DNA of 64,000 bases from Wickerhamiella versatilis (Eukaryota). The notes under the pieces are model-generated. The model had not been told where the DNA came from. It did not search any database and saw only the letters and a list, made by a program, of their open reading frames with translations. Numbering within the stretch: position 1 is the stretch's first letter; each line of letters opens with the position of its first letter. The stretch is from positions 62,001 to 126,000 of the forward strand of contig JAQOWU010000003.1 of NCBI GenBank assembly GCA_030867685.1, written 5' to 3'. Below, in pieces: positions 31,900-42,776 of the stretch. Made by a program: the position numbers and the translations under genes.

Positions 31900-33072
31900 A
31901 TGAGTAGCGTGGAATGTGACGTTGTCGTGGTTGGACTTGGTGCATTGGGATCATCAATATTGGATCAAATGGCTATTCGAGGAATTGATGTGGTCGGTAT
32001 AGACCGGTTTGTCCCTCCACATGACCGAGGTTCCAGCCACGGAAGCTCTCGCATTACTCGTGAAGCATTGGGAGAAGGGCTTGAATTTGTTCAATTTGTC
32101 CGTGAGTCGCACAAAAGATGGAAGGAATTGGAACATGAGACAGGAGAGAACCTATTTGAGCAATGTGGTGTAATTATGATAGGTCCTTCATATGAAGGCA
32201 AGTCCCCCAATACGGAAACTGACTTCATGAAGACCACATTTGAAACTGCGGAAAAATTAGGCGTCAAGCATGAAAAGCTTGATCGTCAGGGTGTTGTCTC
32301 AAGGTATCCCCAGTTCTCAGGGATGAGCGAGGATGAAGTAGCATATTATGAACCCGGTGGTGGCTACATTCGCCCAGAAAAATGTATTGAGGTACAGCTT
32401 AACCATGCACAACGTAATGGGGCAAGAATATACACTGGTGAAGCTGTAACTAATATTCAGAACACAGAGTCCGGGGTGACGGTAAGCACCCATAATTTGG
32501 AAATCAAGGCGAATAAGGCTGTTGTAGCGACGGGTGCCTGGATACCTAGTTTTCTGGGAGAAAAATACGAAAAGTTATTCTCCGTAACTCGCCAGGTACA
32601 GTTTTGGTTCGCTTTAGAGGGAGGCAGCCATTTCACACCAGAGTCTCCCAGTTATATCTGGAAGGATGGTGATGGCGACAGTGGCTCGTTCTATGGATTC
32701 CCCCCTCTCTCTAATGAAAACTCCATAAAAGTAGGAAGTGGACAGCGCCTCACTACCACGGATCCTGATGAGCTCGATCGCAATGTTACAGACGATGAGG
32801 CCAAAGAGCTGGTGGACATTCATCTGAAAGGGAGATTGAAGGGTGTCTCAGACAAAGTAGTGAAATCATATGCTTGCCTTGTTACTTTTCTTCCGAAAAA
32901 AGGGTTCATTCTTGATTATGTTCCAGATTCGCCTAATGTGTTCGTTGTTGCTGCTTGCTCTGGACACGGGTTTAAAAATTCTGCTGGGGTGGGTCAAGCT
33001 GTTGCCAAAGAAATCACTGGGGAGAAATCAGAGTTTGACTTGTCCCCATTTCGTTTTGACAGATTTATATAG
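31900..33072 (+). CDS. solA: Monomeric sarcosine / N-methyltryptophan oxidase-type flavoprotein (SolA/MSOX family)
   Basis: GLGALG FAD motif, 'PPHDRGSSHGSSRITR', flavinylation Cys in 'ACLVT', 'CSGHGFK', C-terminal 'DLSPFRFDRF'. Confidence 0.88.
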   Translation: MSSVECDVVVVGLGALGSSILDQMAIRGIDVVGIDRFVPPHDRGSSHGSSRITREALGEGLEFVQFVRESHKRWKELEHETGENLFEQCGVIMIGPSYEGKSPNTETDFMKTTFETAEKLGVKHEKLDRQGVVSRYPQFSGMSEDEVAYYEPGGGYIRPEKCIEVQLNHAQRNGARIYTGEAVTNIQNTESGVTVSTHNLEIKANKAVVATGAWIPSFLGEKYEKLFSVTRQVQFWFALEGGSHFTPESPSYIWKDGDGDSGSFYGFPPLSNENSIKVGSGQRLTTTDPDELDRNVTDDEAKELVDIHLKGRLKGVSDKVVKSYACLVTFLPKKGFILDYVPDSPNVFVVAACSGHGFKNSAGVGQAVAKEITGEKSEFDLSPFRFDRFI

Positions 33073-33163
33073 GTCACAGATACTGTTAGTTTCTGCCCGC
33101 GGAAGTTACCTAAGAAACTAGACAATGCAATGTCGAGTCAAGTACGAATACAGTTCACACGGA

Positions 33164-33181
33164 CCAACCAGTCTCAGGTAG
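33164..33181 (+). repeat. Dispersed 18-bp intergenic motif, copy CCAACCAGTCTCAGGTAG
   Basis: Near-identical copies at 22476 (+) and 58139 (-). Confidence 0.7.
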
Positions 33182-34285
33182 CAGATCACATGGGAATGTT
33201 GATTCCTGCTCCAGTTAAAATGGTGTGCCAAAGTTTAACTATTCGATCCACTTAGCTCCAGGTGCCGCATATATGATCGGTATAGATCACGAAAGTCTAA
33301 AATGCAATTAGCATAAATAGAGGAAAGTGTTGGAGATTTCCAAGGAAAGACTTTTTTTTTGTCGAACTGATTTGCTGCTTCAACCACTATCATCCCATCT
33401 TAAGTGCCTAATATCGTATTAAGATGCAGCATGCCTCCCAGTCATGTTGAATAGCCTACTAAGTGGCGTAACACCAAGTAGAGATGACATCGTGCATGAA
33501 TGTATGTACCGGAAGAGATAGAGTATCAGTACTGTATTCCTAGTGGCATTTGACGATCTTTACCAAAAATATCATCTTAAATCACTATCATGGCAGCATA
33601 TATCACATTCACCTAGCCCAGTAGTTCATCCAGAGGCTAACGTGAGACATAGGGTAAGGAGCCAGGTCAACTGATTCCACATACAAGTGTAGAAGAGGTA
33701 GCTGACAGGGGATGGGTACAAAATAGTTGAGACTTTATAACTTTTGCAGCATTTTTAGCAGAACATCCTTTGGTTTCTACAGTCAGTCACCAAAAATAGC
33801 ACACAGCTGTGCATGAACTAATCAAAGACTAATCAAAGCAATTTCAGTACTTACGACATTGCCGCAGAAGCTGCATTCAAAAATACTGCATTCTTCTTAG
33901 ATAATTTCCATGGTTGTGGGTGCTCCCTACCCTGAGCTTCTGTTGGTAGTTGGCTTGGATGAATTATTATTCAAGTTATGAGTCTGCCGGCATGTGAAGA
34001 CTTGCTTACGTAGGAACACCCTGAATTCTTCTGAAGCCTGATATTATTAATTTTCTTCGCGTAGTTGAAACACTCAGATATGTACTGCTAAAAATATACG
34101 TATTCAATCCGCCAAGCCACTGCAATAAGCAAGCATATTGGAAGGTATTATTTTGGATATTGCCTAAACGGAATAACGTTCAATTAGATACACGGATTCA
34201 CCAACCGGAAATATTATATATTTAACCGAGGCGGTGCTTAGGATCTTACCTAAGGGAACTTTCACTGTTCACCAATACGAACAAT

Positions 34286-35452
34286 ATGATGAAAGTAGCA
34301 AGTCTATGCATATGGCTTTCTAGCATGGCCCTGGTCCAGTCGAAGGATTCAGACACTTCTGCTTCAAAGTATTCACATGCCGAAGATGTCATTCAGTTCA
34401 TGAATCTCGGTTTTGAAGGACGCTATAAGATGGTTTCGGCACTCAATGATGTCGATAGTGATGACTGCAGCTGTGAATTAGAGAGCGGCAGCACTCATTT
34501 TAATGGAACGAATACTCCACTGAATGAGGAACTTTCAGTGCATGTGAGAGGCCCAGTTGAGCTCTTGGAATTTGGCTTTTATGTCGCGTCAGAATTCAAC
34601 TTGAGTAGCGACGATTCGGCTGCAGACTGGAATAGGCTGGCATATTACAATGCAACCAATGGGACAGCAGACAATATCACGTTCACCAATAACAAAGGTG
34701 ACAAGTCCCCATGCTTGGGCAAAGCGTTATCATTTGCGGACTCAGACGGGGTGAATGCATCCTCCGACTCGACAGTTCTGTCTCAAACAACGATCCCCTC
34801 CAATGAGGAAATCGTAATGTTTTCCTCGTCGAAATGCGGTTCTTCAAGCAGCGACGGGGACTGTGGTATTTATAGATCCAACATACCCGCCTACCATGGG
34901 TTTGATGGCACTACAAAGATGTTTCTATTTCGATTCAATGCCCCAAATGACTCAAGTGTAGATCCGAATACTACCTACCCGAATCTCCCTGCGATATGGC
35001 TTCTCAATGCCCATATCCCACGAACTTCGGAATACCCGGCAAACTACAGCTGCTCTTGCTGGGATTCTGGTTGTGGTGAGTTTGATATCTTTGAGGTAAT
35101 GAACACCACTGACATGTACAAATTCACCAGTACCCTGCATACATACCAGCAAACAGACAATGTTCAGGATGGGACTCAAGCCCAAGCGTGGACAGACCGT
35201 ACAACTCACTCGGAAATGGTTGGAGGAGTTGTATTCGACTCTAATGGAACTGCTTCGGTTTTCATGTCAAATCAGACAAGCTTGGACGACACAATTTCTG
35301 CCTCTACGCTTCGCTCATGGCTCTCTTCGACAAGTAATTACAGCATCTCATTAAAGTCAGGCTCGGATTCATCCAGTTCAAATGTAGGTGTACTTTCAGG
35401 ACCTACTCCAGTGTTAGCCGGTCTGGCAGCTTTATTGAGCTTTTTTATCTAA
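34286..35452 (+). CDS. GPI-anchored Tos1/YJL171C(Toh1)/Pga52-family cell-wall protein
   Basis: Signal peptide; 'PLNEELSVHVRGP', 'PAIWLLNAHIPRT', 'CSCWDSGCGEFDIFE'; Ser-rich region and hydrophobic C-terminal tail. Confidence 0.9.
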   Translation: MMKVASLCIWLSSMALVQSKDSDTSASKYSHAEDVIQFMNLGFEGRYKMVSALNDVDSDDCSCELESGSTHFNGTNTPLNEELSVHVRGPVELLEFGFYVASEFNLSSDDSAADWNRLAYYNATNGTADNITFTNNKGDKSPCLGKALSFADSDGVNASSDSTVLSQTTIPSNEEIVMFSSSKCGSSSSDGDCGIYRSNIPAYHGFDGTTKMFLFRFNAPNDSSVDPNTTYPNLPAIWLLNAHIPRTSEYPANYSCSCWDSGCGEFDIFEVMNTTDMYKFTSTLHTYQQTDNVQDGTQAQAWTDRTTHSEMVGGVVFDSNGTASVFMSNQTSLDDTISASTLRSWLSSTSNYSISLKSGSDSSSSNVGVLSGPTPVLAGLAALLSFFI

Positions 35453-36161
35453 ACTGTCATAAATAGATTAAACCACTCCACCTTACATAATGGTATATGA
35501 TGCACTTCAAGTATTCACCGTTATAGGAGCATGCAGTGGCTAGGGAAAAGTTTTAGGCAGTCCAGCTGAGCCAGTATAAGTGAATCTCATCTCCATATCA
35601 CATAGGTAGTTTGCAATATAGTTCAGGCAAAGTGAGACACTATGTATTCGGATCTCGCTCACTTAGTGTAAGGTGATGCTAGGGTAAGGCATAGTACAAT
35701 ACTGGGAGAACACCTATTAAAAGTGTGATATAGGCATAATATGTAATTCGTAACATCATATTATGTCCTTGGTCTCTCTCATTATTAGAGAGATGAATGC
35801 TTTATGGGTCCCGGATTATGTATTCTGATAGGATGTTATCGTTATTTCTACAATACGTACCAATATGGTTGATACTAGTTCGATGACCGATTAGATAAAT
35901 TGCTGTAATATTAGTGTCCTCCGTAGCAATATTAATATTAGGATTCGTGATGGATGTTAAGGCTTTATTTTCGATTCAGTTGCTTTCGATCTGATAGCCC
36001 ACTGTACATGTCATCGGTCAATCGTCAATTAACTTCCTCATGAGGTGTTGTGTACCATTTTTTACTTAATGATAAATTGCTATATATTCTAAATCTATAT
36101 AGTTTTACATGAAGAAGTAATTACTCACAACAAATTAACAAGACCAACTCGGCATATCCAC

Positions 36162-36803
36162 TTAGATGCGGTCAAACAGGCGTTTTACACTACCTTTGAT
36201 ACCAGTTGGCATGGAGGCTCCAAAATCCGCAGCGAGTTTATTGCCCACAATTTTAGCGGTTTGGTAGGCTGCCTGGCCCTGAGGGTCCTCGGTGACTTGA
36301 GCAAGAGCCACATTGGCCTTACTGATAGCATGCTTGGCATGTACAGGGTAGCGTTGTTTTCCCCCATTGCCATACTTCTCAACAAGAACTTGCGCATCAT
36401 CTGTTGCCTTTGCGATGTTGAAGTTCTTGGCAGCAGAACGAACGTACTGGGCGTAATTTGTGTATCCAGGCTTCTTTGCAGCACCTTCGTACATCTGATG
36501 TGCCTGGTTGGCAAGAGACAGCATTTGTGATGGGTCCATTGTAGGACCATTGTTACCTACATGGCTAATAGCTCCCTCAACAATTGCTGTGGCCTGCGGC
36601 TGTTTCAATATTTGCTCGACTGCGTAGGATGCTTGAGAACTGGCTACAGACTCAGGTACACCGACATGCTTGTAGCGCATAGCATAATTTACCATAGCTT
36701 TTGAGGCCACATCCATGTAGTATGGGCGAGGCTTGGTGGCCTGTGTGGGTTCAGCTGCAAGAACAGTGGCGGTGAGGGTGAGGAGAAGTTGAACAGATAC
36801 CAT
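36162..36803 (-). CDS. Secreted Ala/Gln-rich hypothetical protein
   Basis: ATG at 36803 gives the signal peptide MVSVQLLLTLTATVLA; predicted helical; no family recognised. Confidence 0.65.
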   Translation of the reverse strand: MVSVQLLLTLTATVLAAEPTQATKPRPYYMDVASKAMVNYAMRYKHVGVPESVASSQASYAVEQILKQPQATAIVEGAISHVGNNGPTMDPSQMLSLANQAHQMYEGAAKKPGYTNYAQYVRSAAKNFNIAKATDDAQVLVEKYGNGGKQRYPVHAKHAISKANVALAQVTEDPQGQAAYQTAKIVGNKLAADFGASMPTGIKGSVKRLFDRI

Positions 36804-37640
36804 TTTTGTTGTGAGATGCATGCTGGAAAAATGTCCTTAAGTACTATTCTGTTCATCTGTTCTTTAATTTTTAAAGTTCTATTGCCGTGTTTCAAAAAGA
36901 AGAGATGCATTAGCGAGGGTTGATGCTAAATTATCACCTTAAACATTCCTAGAGGAATTTTGAATATGCATTTAAAATAGATTTCGATAAATTTTGGCTT
37001 ACACGCAAGGAATAGTTGGTGGCAATGACCAAACGACGTTATCAATAACTCGCTTAGTAGAATGCTAGCTTACTAAGACTAGCCGAATTACCAGTGAATC
37101 ATATTTGCATTTAACTTTTAGCTATTAGCTCATCTTAACTGACAAAAGTCATATTTGAAGTTTAATACAGGAAATTTCTGTAATTGGGCAGGTAGAGTAC
37201 TGACGAAACGCCGAGCCCGAGAAAAAAAATTAGGAAGATTCATGCCTTTTTTCAATTCTATCGGATCAACTCAAAGATGCAAACAAAACTAAGCAGTGAG
37301 TAGAAGTTTAGCTTTAGTATATAGAGTCCAATGGCAATAACCGTGGGGTAGGCAATAAAAAGCATATCCCAGATGATAAATATCCGAGGTCCTATGCTTT
37401 TTTCCCTGAATTTATCAGCACGACAAGACTCGTATTTGTTCGTCTCATACTTTCATGCTTTATAGAAACGAATGGGAAATAACTTGGAGTACTTCTTACC
37501 AAAATAATAATAACTAGTGAAACAAGTTGTAGCGATAAAAGTATGAGGTGATTGCTGTCCACATGTCATCCCACATGATATACCCTGCGACGCAAAGAAA
37601 TGCAGCACGTGGTGCAGCATTTATAAGCTATTGATATAAG

Positions 37641-38717
37641 ATGGAACTACTAAATCATATTATCATGCTGAATCCATTGAAGTTTTTACGTCAACTGTTG
37701 CTAGTAGTAGCAATTGCTAGTGCCTCTGGCGTGAACATCACCTACCAAACGGGGATAAATGATACACTTGTACCAGATGGGCCTCTACCCCCTGCGTCGC
37801 CCCAACAGGATGTCAATAGGTTGATAGAACTTTTTACCAATCTCGGTAGATCCACCGTGTGGAATCTTGTGGATAAGGTAAGATTCGAGGGTGATACCGG
37901 GGAACCTGAAGGCATGGTGAAGATTGGAGACAATAGGTGGTTTGTTAGCTCCAACTACTACACAGAAGCTACAAAGAGCTACGGGAAGAACATAGTGGTC
38001 AATGGAACTGATCGGAGCTCTGGTGCAGGGTTTGGTCAGATCCTGGTGTATACAGATCGCGGCCAACAGATTGCGGCCATCACTTTGACAAACCCAGGAG
38101 ACATCGAATATCACTCTGGTGGAATAGACTATGACGGTACGTATATTTGGGATGCAATTGGACAGTACCGACCAAATTCTACTGCCCACGTGGTAAAAAT
38201 CGATCCTCGAACAGGCAGACAGAATGCTCTTTTGCATTATGAGGATCACTTGGGCACGATTGTTTTTGATCCTTGGACAGATGAAGCAGTTACCTGGAAT
38301 TGGGGTGGACGCAATGCGACGACCTGGTCGTTTAGTGATTTCGGTCAGAAGCAACCGATGAAGAAATACCCTGAATTTTCCCAACCTGACTTTACGGTCA
38401 AGACTCCCAGCTTCCATATCGATTATCAAGACTGTAAATTCATCGGTCACCCAAGAGCATTCGATTTCAGGGGGGTGGCAGCTTGTGCAGGCGTTTCTAA
38501 TAAGTATGGCGGTATTGCCTTAGTTGACACTACATCGCTAGTGCCCTTATATGAGGTCCCCATAAATATGGTTTCCGAAAATAATGTCTCAGTATGTGAG
38601 AATCCATTTCATATATGTGTTGTGAATGACACTTTACGTGTCTACTTCCTACCCGATCAACACAACTCTACATTGTACGTCTACGAACCTGACATAAATA
38701 GTCCCTATGAGTTTTAG
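37641..38717 (+). CDS. Secreted protein, probable DUF6454 family (beta-propeller-like)
   Basis: Signal peptide (start 37641 or 37665); 'RSTVWNLV...EPEGMVKIG', 'YHSGGIDYDG.YIW', 'YRPNS', 'DHLG', 'NWGGR', 'IDYQDCK' recalled as DUF6454 motifs. Confidence 0.65.
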   Translation: MELLNHIIMLNPLKFLRQLLLVVAIASASGVNITYQTGINDTLVPDGPLPPASPQQDVNRLIELFTNLGRSTVWNLVDKVRFEGDTGEPEGMVKIGDNRWFVSSNYYTEATKSYGKNIVVNGTDRSSGAGFGQILVYTDRGQQIAAITLTNPGDIEYHSGGIDYDGTYIWDAIGQYRPNSTAHVVKIDPRTGRQNALLHYEDHLGTIVFDPWTDEAVTWNWGGRNATTWSFSDFGQKQPMKKYPEFSQPDFTVKTPSFHIDYQDCKFIGHPRAFDFRGVAACAGVSNKYGGIALVDTTSLVPLYEVPINMVSENNVSVCENPFHICVVNDTLRVYFLPDQHNSTLYVYEPDINSPYEF

Positions 38718-39194
38718 TTGGCCAAAAAAAGCCTAATATTTTGGAATACTTAAGAATAAAACATGCTTGGGAAGATGGCGTCATCGACACAGATATCAAG
38801 AAGCCGAGGTGGATAGCACGCAGCCCCCCAGGAATTGTACATGTTTCCGATTAAATGATAGAAAATGCTTAGTGATTTTGACCTACCAAAAATTGAATTC
38901 TGTAGAATTGCATGTATGAAGATAGTAGAATATAGCCGCTTTTGGACTACAATCCGAGTTTCTGCAAGGACTGTGCGCTGCCTGCTATGCAAGAACGATG
39001 AGTCATCAGGTATACTTCATTGGTAATCAATCTTGTGTTCGACCAAGTAAAAACCTGCCTCAAGCAATTTAGATTACAGTGATATTCATTCGTTATCAAA
39101 TAGAAAAAATGTTTATTTCAATCATATACCTAAATGGTTTTATGCTCAACTAACACCGATCAATGTACTATCTTGTTGTTGTTTAAGGCCCAAC

Positions 39195-40694
39195 CTAATT
39201 TGTATTGGAAGTAAGGAAATCCGCTGCTGGTAACAATGCTGCATAATAACTTGTTGAGTGGCTACTTAATGGCACTCTCCAATACTTCACATCCGTTCCT
39301 TGGCTTTTGTAAAAACTCACGGTTTTATCAACCTCCGATATGGGCTCCACCTCGTCATTTGTACCGTGATATATGAATACTGGATATCCTTGAGGGGCGC
39401 TATGACCCAAGCTGTTGTTTTGAAGAACTTTAAGGACCTCTGGGTTCAGGAGTCCATCTACTCCACCCTCTAGGTACGTGGAGATATTTTGATTGGCGTA
39501 CTGTGTTAAGTAAGTGGTGCCACACTCATGTTCGACATCATAAAACTCACTTTCTGTTTCTGGACGAAGCTTTTGATGCAAGACATCAGCAATTTCATTG
39601 TATTCTCTCGAAAGTCCCACTATGGCTGCAGGTACATAGCCAAACTCAGATGCTCCATTCGTTACCTCAAACGATGCAGTCAAGTTTACCACAAACCCAC
39701 CAACTGCGGCGGCAGCAATGTTAAGTTCTGGAGCATACGAATCCTTCTGTTCTATTGCCTGGCCTACCCCTAGAGATCCACCAGAGAATCCCCACAAAGC
39801 CACTTTCGGACTGGATGACAACTTTGTAAAATTTCTCATATTGTTTGCTGCTCTTATAGAGTCAAGCGTTCGTCTTCCAGCACTGATACCTGCGCCAAAT
39901 GCTGAATTTGGCCCGACAAAGTCAGCGGCAATCACTGAGAATCCTCGACTCATCATCAGTTCCAGGGCAGGGTCGGCTTGCGTTGTCAGTAGAGTATATG
40001 AGGGATGACAGTTTGCGTATACCTCATCATTTGCTTCGTTGAATACCATAATTCGATCATTAGTTGACTTCTTAGGAACCATTACCAGGGCAACTGTTGC
40101 TTGAGGGTTCCCTGCGTGGTCCTCTGTGCGGTAAAGAACTTGAAACATCTGCGATGCCCAAGTATAGTTTGCACTGAAGACCTCCCTCCAGTCCAATACA
40201 GTTCCTAAATCGTACGAGGAAAGGTCATTCCCAGTGTAGTTGTAAAAAGAGTCATCTGTAGGTAGAGGTGGGAGGTTTCCCTTATTGCCGACCCAAGGAT
40301 CCTCACCAGACGATATCTCCAGCGAAGATGCTGCCTCACAAATAATGTTCGTAACCTCACTTAAATCCCCCATAGATAATTTCTGTAGCTGATGGAGGAT
40401 TTTAATGGTTTTCTCTATGTCTGATGTGGTCGAGTTTACGATGTCACCCAAGGTGGTAGGCAAATTCTGCAAATCATCCTTGAGTGATGGTTTCTTCATA
40501 ACGAGCCATTCAGGAATTTGGGAGAAATCAGTTGATACAACAGTAACCAAGTCACAGGATGGCGATGAAGTCGCTGCAGCAGCCGCTGCAGTAGCACTAG
40601 TCTCTGTACTCACGGCTCTTCTGACATTTGAAATGGCTCGTGCATGTGATCCGCACAATACCGAAAGGGGTATCAAGCAGCTTGAGAGTCTCAT
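39195..40694 (-). CDS. Secretory lipase (LIP / CalA-like family) with an N-terminal extension
   Basis: Signal peptide; 'QVLYRT', 'CHPSY', 'LDSIRA'; nucleophile elbow GFSGG; Asp in 'HGTNDEV'; His in 'SSHS'. Confidence 0.88.
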   Translation of the reverse strand: MRLSSCLIPLSVLCGSHARAISNVRRAVSTETSATAAAAAATSSPSCDLVTVVSTDFSQIPEWLVMKKPSLKDDLQNLPTTLGDIVNSTTSDIEKTIKILHQLQKLSMGDLSEVTNIICEAASSLEISSGEDPWVGNKGNLPPLPTDDSFYNYTGNDLSSYDLGTVLDWREVFSANYTWASQMFQVLYRTEDHAGNPQATVALVMVPKKSTNDRIMVFNEANDEVYANCHPSYTLLTTQADPALELMMSRGFSVIAADFVGPNSAFGAGISAGRRTLDSIRAANNMRNFTKLSSSPKVALWGFSGGSLGVGQAIEQKDSYAPELNIAAAAVGGFVVNLTASFEVTNGASEFGYVPAAIVGLSREYNEIADVLHQKLRPETESEFYDVEHECGTTYLTQYANQNISTYLEGGVDGLLNPEVLKVLQNNSLGHSAPQGYPVFIYHGTNDEVEPISEVDKTVSFYKSQGTDVKYWRVPLSSHSTSYYAALLPAADFLTSNTN

Positions 40695-41270
40695 CTCGGA
40701 CTAGAACCGCAATCTCATCAATCAAGCTGCATTCTGACTTATATAGTAGGTGTGGGCACGGGTTTGTGTCGGCTTGTGTGATGATCATCATCTCCAATAC
40801 CAACGGCTCATCTCACCAGGGAAATATCACGATACACACGTTAAAAAAGATTATCTTTGTGGAAATTATCTTATTTTGCTACCTGAGATTGCCCTAATTT
40901 AACGTGGCACGGTAAGACTGAGACGAAGTGGAGCTGCAATATCGCAGCGATCTTAAACAAGAAGATTTATCAAATTCAAAAGGTTATTCCTGTTTACAGA
41001 ATTCGCTAACTCGTGTTCACAAGGCCTAGCCTGATCTATTGTCATGGTGCGGGCGTATTAAAATTCTCCCGAAATGTATTCTCGGGCTAGGGCTCATGAA
41101 TAAGGGCGGGCCGATGATCATCATTCATCCAGATGAAGAACTCTTTAGGTGCATGTCTCTCCGCGTAGAGGACAACCAATCATGACAAGTGCTATATAGG
41201 TCTATTGAAAAATATGTTGACAAAGGATTTAATTCAGAAAACAGTGGTACCAAATGCAAGATAGCCCTCT

Positions 41271-42182
41271 TCAAGCCAGATCAATAAAATATGTCTCGGC
41301 TGCTTCTTCTGAGGATGATGGTTTCTTATGAAAACCGTTTCGAATGCATAATTGACGTACAGTGTCTAAACCTGGTTGTAAGGTCAAAATTAGCTCCTTA
41401 TATCCTTTTTGCTTAGCAAAGTCATGTGTATGGGTTAAAAGAGCAGTTGCAATTCCATGTCGACGTGCAAACTGCTCCACGTATAAGAGATGGATGCAAG
41501 CCTTACCTTGGCCACCATTGATTATTACCACTGCTCCAACCATTGTGAGTCCAATTTCTGCAACAAAGCATTGCTCACTGATCGGATCGAAATTCCGAAG
41601 AAATGCCGTGGATAGCTCTGACTCAAGCAATTCAAGAGTTTGACTATTTTCGTGGTTGGATGCAAAGGTCTTTGATTGTCTCAATGCTATTGTCCCAACG
41701 TCGCCAGTGCGGAACGGCCGGATCCGAAAATCAAACAGTGCCTTTTGGCTAGTACACCGGCTGAGTATTAATCGCACTTTTGTCAATGCATCTACAAGGT
41801 CTTCTTGTTCCAGTCTGCTCAGATGTGCTATATTGGACATAAAGCTGTATCTCTGCCGCTCATCTCGCTCATTAAAAAACTCACGTCCCTTCGGGGTCAG
41901 TCGAATTACACGCATCCTTGCATCAGTCCCCTCCGTCTCTCGATAAATTAACTCGTGTGCCTCAAGGCGGGAGACCGTACGGCTGACACCACTGCGCTCA
42001 AGGTTTAGTTTTTGTTGGATGCGTAATTGTGAAATAGGCTCATTTATTGCGATTTCAAAAAAAACACGTGAGTCTAAAAATTTCATGTCTCCACCAAAGA
42101 GCTTGGTAGTAATACCATTTGCAAACTCCGTGTAGAACAGATGAAATTCCCTCATCGCTGCCACAACATCCAGCGTTGCCAT
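41271..42182 (-). CDS. Bacterial-type bifunctional MarR winged-helix / GNAT acetyltransferase fusion
   Basis: N-terminal 'VAAMREFHLFYT'; HTH 'LNLERSGVSRTVSRLE'; MarR wing 'DARMRVIRLTPKGR'; GNAT domain 'IRPFRTGD...LYVEQFARRHGIA'. Confidence 0.85.
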   Translation of the reverse strand: MATLDVVAAMREFHLFYTEFANGITTKLFGGDMKFLDSRVFFEIAINEPISQLRIQQKLNLERSGVSRTVSRLEAHELIYRETEGTDARMRVIRLTPKGREFFNERDERQRYSFMSNIAHLSRLEQEDLVDALTKVRLILSRCTSQKALFDFRIRPFRTGDVGTIALRQSKTFASNHENSQTLELLESELSTAFLRNFDPISEQCFVAEIGLTMVGAVVIINGGQGKACIHLLYVEQFARRHGIATALLTHTHDFAKQKGYKELILTLQPGLDTVRQLCIRNGFHKKPSSSEEAAETYFIDLA

Positions 42183-42776
42183 ATGACTACCATATGACTA
42201 ACCAGTAATCTCGATAATAAGCCCCTGTTTTTTTCTCTCACAGCGATAGGGCTGGACAATTTCGCATATATTGATTTACACCTGTATCATCATCTTTGAA
42301 CTCTGGACCGCTCGTCAAATCGTCTTAACGCAAAGCTCTATCAATATATTAAATTGAAATGTAATGTGATATGTGGCTATCTCAGGTCACATAGGAATTT
42401 TGCTATATACAATTATACTTGACTTTCTTGAGGTTTTAAGTATTCCTATCGTCTCGATAATCCTGATCCAAAGAAAGTTAGTCATCAGATGACAACTAGT
42501 TGCAAAAAACAACCAATATATTACTAACCAACCAGTCTCTGTAGCCTAATTCCTATATATATGCGCTGAAAAAGTGGTCAGGACATACAAAAAATTTGTC
42601 GTATTGGTTTGAAATTCAATTTCTGTTCTCCTATATAATAGGGCTCGCAATTGCTGGCTAAAAAGTTATTACAAATTTACTGCTGCATGAGATGACATTC
42701 ATTAGTAAAGAGAAGATCGAAAGTATTTAAAAAACAGTATCACAATGGGCAATGCAGCTTCATATTGAGATTTTAA
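42183..42776. promoter_or_regulatory. Divergent promoter with multiple Yap1/AP-1-type elements
   Basis: TGACTAA 42195-42201, TTAGTCA 42478-42484, TTACTAA 42521-42527, TTACAAA 42669-42675, TTAGTAA 42702-42708. Confidence 0.55.

Noticed and set aside
37785-38450. 221-aa antisense ORF, and similar nested ORFs across the window
   Set aside because: They overlap better-supported genes on the opposite strand or in another frame and show no motifs.
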